This document shows, in pieces, positions 17,173 through 25,929 of a stretch of 64,000 nucleotides of DNA (the stretch's first letter is position 1; each line of letters starts with the position of its first letter). The position numbers and the translations under genes are program-made. A model generated the notes under the pieces. It saw only the letters and a program-made list of their open reading frames with translations, did no database searches and was not told where the DNA came from. Source of the DNA: a virus; the IMG/VR virus record IMGVR_UViG_3300003323_000540, positions 1 through 64,000 of that record; one strand, written 5' to 3'.

Positions 17173-18212
17173 TTTATATTTTCTCCTTTAATAGTTTTTC
17201 TATATTGAAGCCACCCTCCTGTAAAATTACCACTAGTGATATCTTCGTTCATCGCTCTAGCGCAATGCTCAAATGGACTCATGTGTCCAGAAGATAACAA
17301 TCTATCATGTAGCTTAATATCATTTTCATAATTATCTGGCTTCCCTTCTTCTCCAACTACTGTATAAGAAACTCTAGCACATCTAGCAGTAGCTACCTTA
17401 ATTTTGATTCTTTCAAAAGTACCATCATTAATATCTTCTACTGTTGCTAATGATGTTAAATGTTCCATATTATCTCCAAATGGTATATGCCATTCACCTG
17501 CCTTAAGAAGTTTAGGAGTAGATTCATTATAAGCATCCCACATAGCTTCTGCTAAAGCCATCATGTGAATTTCTGCTTGGCCTTTATTGTTTTGTAATCT
17601 TTCTAAGGTTGTCATTTTATTCACACCAATAGCAGTCATTACATCTTCTGAATTCTTAACTAAATCTTTCCAGCTTCTATAATACTTACCAGTTCTATCA
17701 GTATATTGGGGACATCTTAATGCAAAGAAATTCTCCCAAGCGGTCGCCGTTAAAATAACAGTATGCCACATGAAAGGCTCTAGCAATCTATTGCAAATTT
17801 GTTTTGTTACACCCACATTATCCTGTAGAGTAATTAATTCACCTTCTTCATTCCATTCAAATTCTGTTTCGGGTGTAAATATTCCAGATGCTAAATCTAA
17901 TGCACTCTCAATAGCTCTATCTCTTGCTCTTAGCCATTTATTTCTTAATATCAATGAACACGTCTCATCAAAATATTCCGTGCCCTGCATTCCTTTATGA
18001 TCTTTTTGCCAAGCTATAGGAATGAATGGATTTTCTTTTACAGCTTTTATTATTTTTTTAAATGGAATCGCCCTAGATGATGCAGAGTTTTTACTAAGCA
18101 TTCTATGAGTGTTAAGTTCTGCAAGAATTATTCTTGGAAATGTCACTACCATTGTAGTTATTCTGTCTCCAAACTCATTTTTTGAGGCTGCTATTGTTTT
18201 TGCGCTTATCAT
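17169..18212 (-). CDS. thyX: ThyX-like flavin-dependent thymidylate synthase
   Basis: LNTHRMLSKNSASSRA fits the ThyX signature RHRxxSxxxxSxR, except that the first Arg is Thr. At 347 aa it is longer than typical ThyX. Confidence 0.6.
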   Translation of the reverse strand: MISAKTIAASKNEFGDRITTMVVTFPRIILAELNTHRMLSKNSASSRAIPFKKIIKAVKENPFIPIAWQKDHKGMQGTEYFDETCSLILRNKWLRARDRAIESALDLASGIFTPETEFEWNEEGELITLQDNVGVTKQICNRLLEPFMWHTVILTATAWENFFALRCPQYTDRTGKYYRSWKDLVKNSEDVMTAIGVNKMTTLERLQNNKGQAEIHMMALAEAMWDAYNESTPKLLKAGEWHIPFGDNMEHLTSLATVEDINDGTFERIKIKVATARCARVSYTVVGEEGKPDNYENDIKLHDRLLSSGHMSPFEHCARAMNEDITSGNFTGGWLQYRKTIKGENIK

Positions 18213-18213
18213 T

Positions 18214-18432
18214 TTATTTTCTTTTTAGCATTTCTATGTTAAAATTAAAGAAGAATGCCGCAATAAGTTGTATTAATGCAGGTTTCCAATACAGGAAGAA
18301 TTTTTGCTTAGGTGTTAATACAACCTCCCAATTAGTAAAAAATATCACTGCTTGCCATATAAGGCATCCGATAATCACCAATAACCAAAAAACTAATAGG
18401 GTTAAATATTTATCTACCTTTATCTTATTCAT
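18214..18432 (-). CDS. small two-TM membrane protein
   Basis: 72 aa with hydrophobic segments LTLLVFWLLVIIGCLIW and ALIQLIAAFFF. Confidence 0.5.
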   Translation of the reverse strand: MNKIKVDKYLTLLVFWLLVIIGCLIWQAVIFFTNWEVVLTPKQKFFLYWKPALIQLIAAFFFNFNIEMLKRK

Positions 18433-18721
18433 TCTTTACAGTTCCTAATTGTCTTGAATACTCTAAATACTTCTGAACCTTTAATGTTTTTTGTTCTACC
18501 ATATCAGGATCTATTAATGGCTTAGAAATCAATCCTTTATCAGCAAGCATATACATAATAGCCATAAGATCATTAAATTCATACAATAACCTTTGTGCAT
18601 TTGTTAGGTCTTGGCCGGACTGTATCTCCTCTAATGTGAATCTAAGAGCTTTGCTAGCTCTTTGAGATAATTCATCGCATTCCTCCATGAGGAGTACGAG
18701 CAATGTTTCTTTTTCTGTCAT
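18425..18721 (-). CDS. small MazG-like all-alpha NTP pyrophosphohydrolase
   Basis: LLMEECDELSQRA carries an EExxE metal motif, and a later EFNDLMAIMYML provides an E/D pair. 98 aa. Confidence 0.5.
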   Translation of the reverse strand: MTEKETLLVLLMEECDELSQRASKALRFTLEEIQSGQDLTNAQRLLYEFNDLMAIMYMLADKGLISKPLIDPDMVEQKTLKVQKYLEYSRQLGTVKNE

Positions 18722-18891
18722 TTCTTTTTACTTACGATCTGCATTATTCCAGCAATCAAATAAACCGATGCTGCAAAAATCAACCATCTGATTGCATCAA
18801 ATTTTGCTGATTCATCTTTTTGAATATATACCGCCGCACACATTATAATTGTAATAGCCCAAAACAGTATTGAAAAATTTTTAAAGCTCAT
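18718..18891 (-). CDS. small two-TM membrane protein (57 aa)
   Basis: Sub-60-aa ORF MSFKNFSILFWAITIIMCAAVYIQKDESAKFDAIRWLIFAASVYLIAGIMQIVSKKK. ATGA overlap with the next start. Confidence 0.4.
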   Translation of the reverse strand: MSFKNFSILFWAITIIMCAAVYIQKDESAKFDAIRWLIFAASVYLIAGIMQIVSKKK

Positions 18892-18894
18892 ATT

Positions 18895-19974
18895 TTAATT
18901 ATTTTGAAATCCTATTGTTCTCTTTTTTATTTCTTCCGTTCCATTGCTATCATCCATAGAATAAAGATCTGCAAGGACGCTTGGATCTTTTACTCTTCCT
19001 TTCTTTCCCAATCTCTCCAATACCTTATTTGCCTTATCAACTGGAAGAAGTTGAAAGTCAACCTTTGCCAACAAACGACCCTTTCTTAATAAAGCTTTAT
19101 CAATTTTATCTTCTGTATTTACAGTTGCTATTATTTTCAACTGAATTAAATCAGCTAATAATCCATCTGTAATATTTAAAAGAGTGGAAGTCATATTATT
19201 AGCGGCATTTGAAGTTGCTCTATCTAGCAAGCAATTCTCCGCATCTTCTATTACTAGAATTGAATCCTTAAACTCCTCCATAGCAAATTTTAAAAATGAA
19301 GGAGTGGTTAAAATTCCTACCATATCAACTGGAACAAAGATGAATTTCTTGTCCACTGTATGTACAAAATTTTTAATTAATGTACTCTTCCCCGTTCCAG
19401 GTCTTCCAGTAAATAAAATCAATCCTGGATCATTACTATTTAACTTTTCAATTAGCTTATCATAATTGAAGGAAAGTTCATAGTTATTTTCAATATCTAC
19501 CTTAATTGGCTTTAATTCTCTTTCTACCAAAGAAAGCTTTTTATCGCTCTCCAATAAAAGATTCACTTTTTTCAGATTGCTCTTATCTTTTTTCTTTAAG
19601 AACTTTCTCAAAGCAAATTCTACTTTATCTAATTCATCTTGATTGTAATTTGAGGTATAGAATACTTTTATCTTGGGATCGCTGTACGAATCGCTTTCTC
19701 CATCATAATTGAAAAGAGAGGACATATCCACTATGCAATGCTCGCATTTTGAAATCAGGTAGTCTACCTTAATTGAATTTTGTAGAATGTAGTTTGTAAT
19801 TACTACTGGCTGGAAATCAAACTTGTTTAAAGTCTCTCTAACTCTAACAGAATTTGTAAAAAAGTTACAATCGATCTTTAAGGCATTTATTGAGGATGGA
19901 TTCGTATTGTCTGCTAAATATGATATTGGATTGAATTCTCCGTAAGAATCAAAAAACTTAGATGTTAACTTCAT
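18895..19974 (-). CDS. classic-clade AAA+ ATPase with about 170-aa unknown N-terminal domain
   Basis: Walker A is GRPGTGKST and Walker B is ILVIEDAE. LNITDG and ATVNTEDKIDKALLRKGRL give the second region of homology / Arg finger. Confidence 0.8.
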   Translation of the reverse strand: MKLTSKFFDSYGEFNPISYLADNTNPSSINALKIDCNFFTNSVRVRETLNKFDFQPVVITNYILQNSIKVDYLISKCEHCIVDMSSLFNYDGESDSYSDPKIKVFYTSNYNQDELDKVEFALRKFLKKKDKSNLKKVNLLLESDKKLSLVERELKPIKVDIENNYELSFNYDKLIEKLNSNDPGLILFTGRPGTGKSTLIKNFVHTVDKKFIFVPVDMVGILTTPSFLKFAMEEFKDSILVIEDAENCLLDRATSNAANNMTSTLLNITDGLLADLIQLKIIATVNTEDKIDKALLRKGRLLAKVDFQLLPVDKANKVLERLGKKGRVKDPSVLADLYSMDDSNGTEEIKKRTIGFQNN

Positions 19975-20174
19975 TATTTTTTAATAAATTTTTTCGCTCC
20001 CAATACTCGCATTACAGTTGGCTTTCTACTTACTGACAAATACACACGAGTAAATCTAACTCTGCCGCCTCTAAGAATCGGCCCCACCATTCTCAATGGA
20101 TGGACTCTGTAATATGCCTCTCCATTTGGGCTTTCTAAAAATGTTCTATCTCTATCTCTGTTTGTTAATCTCAT
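19974..20174 (-). CDS. small Arg-rich basic protein
   Basis: 66 aa with 12 Arg, in a locally GC-rich patch. 1-nt and 4-nt overlaps with neighbours. Confidence 0.4.
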   Translation of the reverse strand: MRLTNRDRDRTFLESPNGEAYYRVHPLRMVGPILRGGRVRFTRVYLSVSRKPTVMRVLGAKKFIKK

Positions 20175-20353
20175 CTATTTTTTAAAGAAAGTAGCCTATG
20201 TGAAGTCCTCATGGTTGTACTAAAACAACTTTCACGCACAAAATCATCATCTTTAATTCGCATTAAAATTTTATACCTCCTACTTGAAGCTCTAAGAACA
20301 GATATTGTTTCAACTTTTTCTACTCTTGCGTCAGATAATAAACAATTATTCAT
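20171..20353 (-). CDS. small Arg-rich basic protein
   Basis: 60 aa with 9 Arg. 4-nt overlaps on both sides. Confidence 0.4.
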   Translation of the reverse strand: MNNCLLSDARVEKVETISVLRASSRRYKILMRIKDDDFVRESCFSTTMRTSHRLLSLKNR

Positions 20354-21822
20354 AGATGCAGATATACCAATTCTTTTTTCGCTCTAGTAATAGCCACAAA
20401 AAGAAGATTTTTTTCCTGTTTTTTTTGATCTGGAGTTATTGCGTATGTACTTGGGATTAAATTTCTGCCTTCATATTTCTCAATCATAAACACCGTATTA
20501 CATTCTAATCCTTTGCTACGGTGAATCGTCATTAGAGCTATTCCATCTCTTTCTTCATCATTAAAGATGGTCTCTATAAAATTTTCTACCGCTCCATATA
20601 AATCTAATTTTTTGAACAAAGTTAGCAAAATTTCTTTTTTCTCAAAATATGAAATCATCTTCGGATGAAATGCAGGATTCTTTACACCCTTCGCTTTTAA
20701 TTGCTCTTCGAGTTGAATTGTCAATTTTCTTATTTCAACTTCTGCTTCTTTATAATTTGTTGCTCTTATTTTATGAAGAAGCTCCAGCAATCCCTTTTCC
20801 GAATCCTTCCCAACTATGTATACCTTTTTCCCTAATTCTATTAATTGCAAAAATACATCCACTAAAGGACGTACATTTCTACAAAGAACAAAATCGCCAT
20901 CCTGTATTTCTGTTACTTTACCTTTTCTTACTATTCCATCTTCATTTGTTTCACAAACTTCTATATCTTTGTAGATTTTTTGCGCTTCCTTAACAATATT
21001 TTTTGCACATCGGTAGCTTATCGAAAGAGGTAGCTTAATGGTATTCTTTTGTTCTGAAAATGCTTTAAATGAATTTGGATCCGCACCACGAAATGAATAG
21101 ATACTTTGCTTCTCATCGCCGACAAGTATTTTTCGGCCCGTCATTGGCTTTACAAGCTTATCTAAGAACAATTGATCCAGCTTAGAGCAATCCTGACATT
21201 CATCGATTAGAACGTAATCAAACAAAGGCATTTTAATGTCTTTGTCATTTACCGGCATCTCAATCATATCTTGGAAATCAACAGTCATAGAGAACCTATC
21301 CTGATTGTTGTTATAGGATTTCATTTTATTCAATGAACGGATGGTAATGTTTGTTTTCTCTTCGTCCTCATCTATTGCATATCTTTCACACATCTCTACA
21401 ATAGATTCTACATTCCACGGCGTCATAGTAGCGCGAACTAAAGACATTATCTTGTCTACTTGATAGACCAAAGACCATTTTTCTTTCGGAGATCTTCCTT
21501 CCTTGTCGCAAAAACTTTCTATGAATTTGATTTGCTTTTTCTCATCTACCTTTACATTACCGTTGTAGTATTTCCTTATAGCTGACATTCCTAATGAATG
21601 CATTGTTGAACATTGAACTGCTTCTGGCAGTTTAGCTTTCAATTCTTCAACTATTCTTTTATTAAAGGCCATAAAAATACACTTCTTCCCATAAGGAAGA
21701 AGTTTAGATGCCTCTACTAAAGTCGTGCTTTTGCCAGATCCAGGGCCAGCATCAACTAGTAAGTTTTTGTTTGTGGTAAGTAAATTCTGGTAAATATCTT
21801 GCTGATATTTGCTAGGCTTCAT
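20350..21822 (-). CDS. UvrD/Rep/PcrA-family SF1 helicase (short form)
   Basis: Contains DAGPGSGKSTT (motif I), VLIDECQD (II), YSFRGA (III), TIHRSKGLE (V) and FVAITRAKKEL (VI). Confidence 0.85.
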   Translation of the reverse strand: MKPSKYQQDIYQNLLTTNKNLLVDAGPGSGKSTTLVEASKLLPYGKKCIFMAFNKRIVEELKAKLPEAVQCSTMHSLGMSAIRKYYNGNVKVDEKKQIKFIESFCDKEGRSPKEKWSLVYQVDKIMSLVRATMTPWNVESIVEMCERYAIDEDEEKTNITIRSLNKMKSYNNNQDRFSMTVDFQDMIEMPVNDKDIKMPLFDYVLIDECQDCSKLDQLFLDKLVKPMTGRKILVGDEKQSIYSFRGADPNSFKAFSEQKNTIKLPLSISYRCAKNIVKEAQKIYKDIEVCETNEDGIVRKGKVTEIQDGDFVLCRNVRPLVDVFLQLIELGKKVYIVGKDSEKGLLELLHKIRATNYKEAEVEIRKLTIQLEEQLKAKGVKNPAFHPKMISYFEKKEILLTLFKKLDLYGAVENFIETIFNDEERDGIALMTIHRSKGLECNTVFMIEKYEGRNLIPSTYAITPDQKKQEKNLLFVAITRAKKELVYLHL

Positions 21823-21950
21823 CTTGTAATTCTATTCCAAATATATTTGATGAATCTACCTACTGATATAGCAACAATAGATCCACAAAAAATAATAAAC
21901 AGCATGAAAAACAAAAATAGAATCCATGCCCCCAATTCTTTAGTCGTCAT
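21819..21950 (-). CDS. small single-TM protein (43 aa)
   Basis: Sub-60-aa ORF MTTKELGAWILFLFFMLFIIFCGSIVAISVGRFIKYIWNRITR. ATGA overlap with the helicase start. Confidence 0.4.
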   Translation of the reverse strand: MTTKELGAWILFLFFMLFIIFCGSIVAISVGRFIKYIWNRITR

Positions 21951-21953
21951 GAT

Positions 21954-22367
21954 TTACCAAATCTTATGTTTAATTCCAGCTGATGTTAATTTTTTGGAGA
22001 TTTCTTTTACTTCTTTTTGAATAAGATATGAAGATCGTTTTTCGATTTTTGCCAATGTAGATTTTGCCTTTTTTCTAGCAGATTCAATATCTATATCGCG
22101 ATCAAATTTATCGGCCAATACTTCAATGTTGTGCATAAAATCAACGCCAAGAGCATTTAATTTTCCATCAACCGGCCCTCCATCCCAATCATCTTCACCT
22201 CTAGGGATGATATAACATTGATTTCCACATGCACAGGTTACCCAATTAGAAGCTAACTCTGCTGCATTTGATAATTCATCAATAGTATATGTTTTCTTAT
22301 CTAAGAAAGCATTCCAATCAAATGGTTTTTTGCCTTGTGATTCTGCGTAGGTTTTTGCGTTTTTCAT
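21954..22367 (-). CDS. hypothetical protein
   Basis: Minus-strand ORF. No motif recognised. Confidence 0.55.
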   Translation of the reverse strand: MKNAKTYAESQGKKPFDWNAFLDKKTYTIDELSNAAELASNWVTCACGNQCYIIPRGEDDWDGGPVDGKLNALGVDFMHNIEVLADKFDRDIDIESARKKAKSTLAKIEKRSSYLIQKEVKEISKKLTSAGIKHKIW

Positions 22368-22374
22368 TTTATTT

Positions 22375-22599
22375 TTAGTTTATGTATTTTCTTCCATCAA
22401 TCCATTGATTGTCATTCAATATCATAACTTCATCTATTGAATAGACATTGTGAGATCCTTCTACCCCTATTGTTTGCTTTGAAGTAATCCAAACTTCTAC
22501 AATCTTATCTTCCCAATTTGATTTACCGTATTTGTTTCTCTTGAACGTTTTACCGATCAATTTTTCTTCCAATACATTTCTAAAAACATCTGTTTTCAT
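22375..22599 (-). CDS. hypothetical protein
   Basis: Minus-strand ORF with a 4-nt overlap upstream. Confidence 0.5.
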   Translation of the reverse strand: MKTDVFRNVLEEKLIGKTFKRNKYGKSNWEDKIVEVWITSKQTIGVEGSHNVYSIDEVMILNDNQWIDGRKYIN

Positions 22600-22778
22600 G
22601 GTTCCAAAGTATTTATAATTGAGTCTCTGATTTTATCAAAATCAATTTCTATTCCTTGAAGTAATTTATATATGTCTTTTGACTTAGCTGCTTTTAAAGA
22701 CTTTATTATCTTATCAAGGTTCTCAAAAGTTCGCTCGCATTTGAGCAATTCCAGACGATATTTTTCTGCTTCACTCAT
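22596..22778 (-). CDS. hypothetical protein
   Basis: Minus-strand ORF with 4-nt overlaps on both sides. Confidence 0.5.
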   Translation of the reverse strand: MSEAEKYRLELLKCERTFENLDKIIKSLKAAKSKDIYKLLQGIEIDFDKIRDSIINTLEP

Positions 22779-23359
22779 TTTATCTCTCTAATAAAAATGT
22801 TCATGTTTTGTGGAGCTGTAATTGTTCCTCCAAAGTACGGGAAAAGTTTAAACTTAATCCAGCTATTTGGCAAATCTTTTATTGTAGCTGTATAAGTAAC
22901 TTCTCCACACTTAATTTCAACGATGGTATTTTGTGATTCTTTGAAGATTGAAATGAAAAAAGAATCGTATTGTTTTACATGCGCAAGAAATTTATATTCT
23001 CTTTTCCCTTTAACATGCTTAAATGCAAACAATTCAAATACTTGCAGGTTGGTATTAAATCTCCATCCAACTCTTATTGAATTGTATTGCTCTCTAAAGC
23101 CGTAAAGAATGCCGACTAATTTACTTATGTCATCTTCAACTATATTTGAATCATAGTCACATCCAGAACCAAAAATAGCTTCACAACGATAAGTTTTCGG
23201 CGCAATGCCAAATTTAAAGGGAATAAGAGAAGTGTTTTTAAATGAAAAGTGCCACCCCTTCTTTATTTTATAAATATCATATTCATCTGTTTTCTTTTTA
23301 TAGATGATCATGCAAATTAACGTTGTGATAACTGCACTAAGAATAAGTAATCCTCCCAT
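22775..23359 (-). CDS. N-terminally anchored hypothetical protein
   Basis: N-terminal TM segment GGLLILSAVITTLICMIIY, then a beta-rich sequence. Confidence 0.55.
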   Translation of the reverse strand: MGGLLILSAVITTLICMIIYKKKTDEYDIYKIKKGWHFSFKNTSLIPFKFGIAPKTYRCEAIFGSGCDYDSNIVEDDISKLVGILYGFREQYNSIRVGWRFNTNLQVFELFAFKHVKGKREYKFLAHVKQYDSFFISIFKESQNTIVEIKCGEVTYTATIKDLPNSWIKFKLFPYFGGTITAPQNMNIFIREIK

Positions 23360-23819
23360 ATTTGGTTCTTTGATATTTTACATCCTTTATAATTTCTTCT
23401 TTCTTGCCTCCCTTGCACGCTAATCTATCCGCTATTTCATTAAATTCATTTCCATTATGACCTCTTATCCATTCTAATCTTACCTTTCGGTGCAACATTT
23501 TAAAACGTACAAAAAATTCTTTCCAAAGATCGGCATTCATTGTATTGATAAATCCTTGTTGCTCCCATTTGTAAATCCATCCTTTTGCAAGGGTATTTAC
23601 ACAATATTGAGAATCAGAATAAATAATTACTTCATCTCCAGCTTCACATTTACTTAGAGCCTTTACTATCGCTCTTATTTCTTGTCTTGCACTTGTTGTA
23701 TTCTCGTAGGAACCGCCATACCAAGCCTTAACTTCTGGCTCAATTTGAATAACTCCCCATCCTCCTTTACTGGATGTTGCATTGTGGCAAGATCCATCGG
23801 TATACATTATTCTCCTCAT
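23337..23819 (-). CDS. rnhA: ribonuclease HI
   Basis: MYTDGSC, ARQEIRAI, IYSDSQY and NEIADRLA give the D-E-D-D catalytic set in RNase HI order. Confidence 0.85.
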   Translation of the reverse strand: MRRIMYTDGSCHNATSSKGGWGVIQIEPEVKAWYGGSYENTTSARQEIRAIVKALSKCEAGDEVIIYSDSQYCVNTLAKGWIYKWEQQGFINTMNADLWKEFFVRFKMLHRKVRLEWIRGHNGNEFNEIADRLACKGGKKEEIIKDVKYQRTKYGRITYS

Positions 23820-24334
23820 TTTATGATCTTCCTTACATTCTTTAGATGTTTTTTCAAAGCATTTCTGTATAGCTTTTCATCCGCTTCATAGTAATGAATT
23901 GATTTAAGCCATATAGAATAATCATCAATCGAATTGAACTTAATATCGCCTCTATTCATGAGCATGAATAAAGCATCTTGCGTAGACTCCTGAACCGTGT
24001 TATAAGACGCATATCCATTTCTTCCCTCCGCTCTACCAAGCGGCCCTCTGGATGTTGTCTTGCGTCTCCTAGAGTGCAATAAACCGAATGCATTTCTATG
24101 CTCTTTAAATAACTTGCTTTTAAAATTGCCTGATTCATGTCTGGCTTGAGCAACAATTATTTTTGCCATTAACGTATCCAATCCATTATCAAGGCATGTA
24201 TTGTAAATCTTCTGTTCAATTGTTTCCTCTAATTTTAATTCTATCGGCTTTGCTTCTGTAACAATACCATTGTTTACAGTCATTACCGTAATTAAGATTA
24301 AAAGAAGTGATAAACATATTGATTTAGTTTTCAT
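23816..24334 (-). CDS. secreted/SAR-type N-acetylglucosaminidase-family peptidoglycan hydrolase (endolysin candidate)
   Basis: N-terminal hydrophobic segment SICLSLLLILITVMTV. IIVAQARHESGNFKSKLFKEHRNAFGL matches the glucosaminidase (FlgJ/LytD-type) core AQaxhESgxg.S.l....N.FG. Confidence 0.7.
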   Translation of the reverse strand: MKTKSICLSLLLILITVMTVNNGIVTEAKPIELKLEETIEQKIYNTCLDNGLDTLMAKIIVAQARHESGNFKSKLFKEHRNAFGLLHSRRRKTTSRGPLGRAEGRNGYASYNTVQESTQDALFMLMNRGDIKFNSIDDYSIWLKSIHYYEADEKLYRNALKKHLKNVRKIIK

Positions 24335-24337
24335 ATT

Positions 24338-24442
24338 TTATGAATAAAATGCAAGAATCAGAACAGAACCTACTACAAGTAGGATGATGAATATTAACAA
24401 ACCGTATAACATTCCCTCTTCGCCGGAATAATTTTCTTTCAT
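24338..24442 (-). CDS. tiny single-TM protein (34 aa), holin/antiholin candidate
   Basis: Sub-60-aa ORF MKENYSGEEGMLYGLLIFIILLVVGSVLILAFYS. ATGA overlap upstream, and it ends 3 nt before the glucosaminidase start. Confidence 0.35.
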   Translation of the reverse strand: MKENYSGEEGMLYGLLIFIILLVVGSVLILAFYS

Positions 24443-24648
24443 GCTTGTTTGATATTTGGAACTATCTTAAAAAATGTTCCTAGTACTTGAGGAGAAGTCT
24501 TTGCTTTGTGAGCTAATCCTTTTGCCATTCCATAGGGAATTTGATAAGCCAAAGTCTTTACTTTATTCTCTTTTCTGACATCTCCCTCCATTATCGAAAC
24601 ATACTGTTCTAAATTGAATAAAGCGGTGGATTTAATTGTTGTTTTCAT
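24439..24648 (-). CDS. hypothetical protein
   Basis: Minus-strand ORF. No motif recognised. Confidence 0.5.
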   Translation of the reverse strand: MKTTIKSTALFNLEQYVSIMEGDVRKENKVKTLAYQIPYGMAKGLAHKAKTSPQVLGTFFKIVPNIKQA

Positions 24649-24654
24649 ATTTGT

Positions 24655-25119
24655 TTAAATCATGAATCCTTTATAGATATTCTCAAATTTCTTTCCGGCA
24701 TACATTGCCAATTCCTTAGATTTAAACGCAAGGCGCGAACCGACAGTAGAACCCGAACACCAATCATCATAGCCGTCAAAGAACCGAAAGCCCGACATGT
24801 AAAAGTAAGGAAAATACTTTGGTTGATTTGAATTACTCCAATCTGGTTGCCATCCTTCATTCAAGGCCTTTGCGATAATGATTGCTTCTTGTTGATATAA
24901 AGGATGTTCCATTCCAGTATCAGTTAAGACTGACCTTAATTTTCTGTAAATAGATACCTCTGTATCCTTTTCTCCAAGTTCTGCTATTGCATCTTCTACT
25001 GTCTTGACACGATCAATGACATTTTTAGGCTTAGACTTAAATCTTATTTCACCAGACTCAATATCAACTTTGTCGATTACATAACCATCTGGAATTTGAA
25101 TTTTTAATGTGTTGTTCAT
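24655..25119 (-). CDS. hypothetical protein, paralogue A of an in-window family
   Basis: Aligns end to end with 56000..56449: IPDGY..., LNEGWQPDWSNSNQPKYFPYF, and SGFRFFDGYDDWCSGSTVGSRLAFKSKELAMYAGKKFE versus the SGFRFDDAYDHWASGSNVGSRLCFKTRELAEYAGKTFE version. Confidence 0.6.
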   Translation of the reverse strand: MNNTLKIQIPDGYVIDKVDIESGEIRFKSKPKNVIDRVKTVEDAIAELGEKDTEVSIYRKLRSVLTDTGMEHPLYQQEAIIIAKALNEGWQPDWSNSNQPKYFPYFYMSGFRFFDGYDDWCSGSTVGSRLAFKSKELAMYAGKKFENIYKGFMI

Positions 25120-25274
25120 AGTGGATTCATTTTAAAGGTTGCTTTATACATCCATCCAAACATTGCTGGATTGAATGAAAATTTCAATTTTACAGATTGT
25201 AGGCATCCTTCGCGGGCCAATCGGAGAACCGTATCAAAGTCATCGGTCATGACTGTCATTAATTTTTCTTCCAT
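25116..25274 (-). CDS. small hypothetical protein (52 aa)
   Basis: Sub-60-aa ORF MEEKLMTVMTDDFDTVLRLAREGCLQSVKLKF... fills the gap. ATGA overlap with the next start. Confidence 0.35.
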   Translation of the reverse strand: MEEKLMTVMTDDFDTVLRLAREGCLQSVKLKFSFNPAMFGWMYKATFKMNPL

Positions 25275-25281
25275 AATTTTT

Positions 25282-25509
25282 TTATTTACTGTTTCTATAA
25301 GAGATTATTAAAATCATTAAAAGTAAGTAAACGCATAAAAATACGATTCCAGTTATGTAATTCAAGAACCATGTGCTAAGAACGCTTACCGCAATTAAAG
25401 GCATGGATAGTATAAAAGCTGCTGATGCAGTTTCTGATGAATCATGGCCTATCATTAAGATGGCTAGGATGGCAAATATTCCACTAATTATTGCTATTGA
25501 TAAAATCAT
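25282..25509 (-). CDS. small three-TM membrane protein
   Basis: 75 aa, almost entirely hydrophobic. Confidence 0.5.
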   Translation of the reverse strand: MILSIAIISGIFAILAILMIGHDSSETASAAFILSMPLIAVSVLSTWFLNYITGIVFLCVYLLLMILIISYRNSK

Positions 25510-25529
25510 ATGTTTGTTTTATTAGGTTT

Positions 25530-25751
25530 CTATTTAGTTCTCCAACATCCTATTTTTCCATCTTCCATTTTCCTAGTAGAGAATGTTCTTTCTGGATTGC
25601 AGGATTCGCCGTATTTTTTTGCAAGTGTTATCACTGAATATCTTTTGTTTTCTTCAATAATAAAAGAATCTCCCACCTCCATTTCACTAAATGAATACTT
25701 GCTCTTCCCCTTCTTAGCGGACGTTCTTTTTGGCATATTGACTTTGTTCAT
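25530..25751 (-). CDS. hypothetical protein (73 aa from MNKVNMPKR)
   Basis: Track ORF 25530..25832 probably starts at the internal ATG at 25751, 5 nt after the stop of the 55-aa ORF 25757..25924. Confidence 0.45.
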   Translation of the reverse strand: MNKVNMPKRTSAKKGKSKYSFSEMEVGDSFIIEENKRYSVITLAKKYGESCNPERTFSTRKMEDGKIGCWRTK

Positions 25752-25756
25752 CTTTT

Positions 25757-25924
25757 CTACCTGTAAAATTTTACTCCAGATTTCTCTTTCCAAATTTCTA
25801 TCTTTTGTTGCGGAGTTAAGGAGTCCCACCAAGCCGTTGCCAACTTAGTGTGCAATTCTTCACCAGCAACTTTATAATCTCCTTCTGGAACTTTTGGAAT
25901 TTGTATGCTCAATTCTTTTTTCAT
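25757..25924 (-). CDS. small hypothetical protein (55 aa)
   Basis: Sub-60-aa ORF MKKELSIQIPKVPEGDYKVAGEELHTKLATAWWDSLTPQQKIEIWKEKSGVKFYR, starting 5 nt after the upstream stop. Confidence 0.35.
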   Translation of the reverse strand: MKKELSIQIPKVPEGDYKVAGEELHTKLATAWWDSLTPQQKIEIWKEKSGVKFYR

Positions 25925-25929
25925 TTAAT

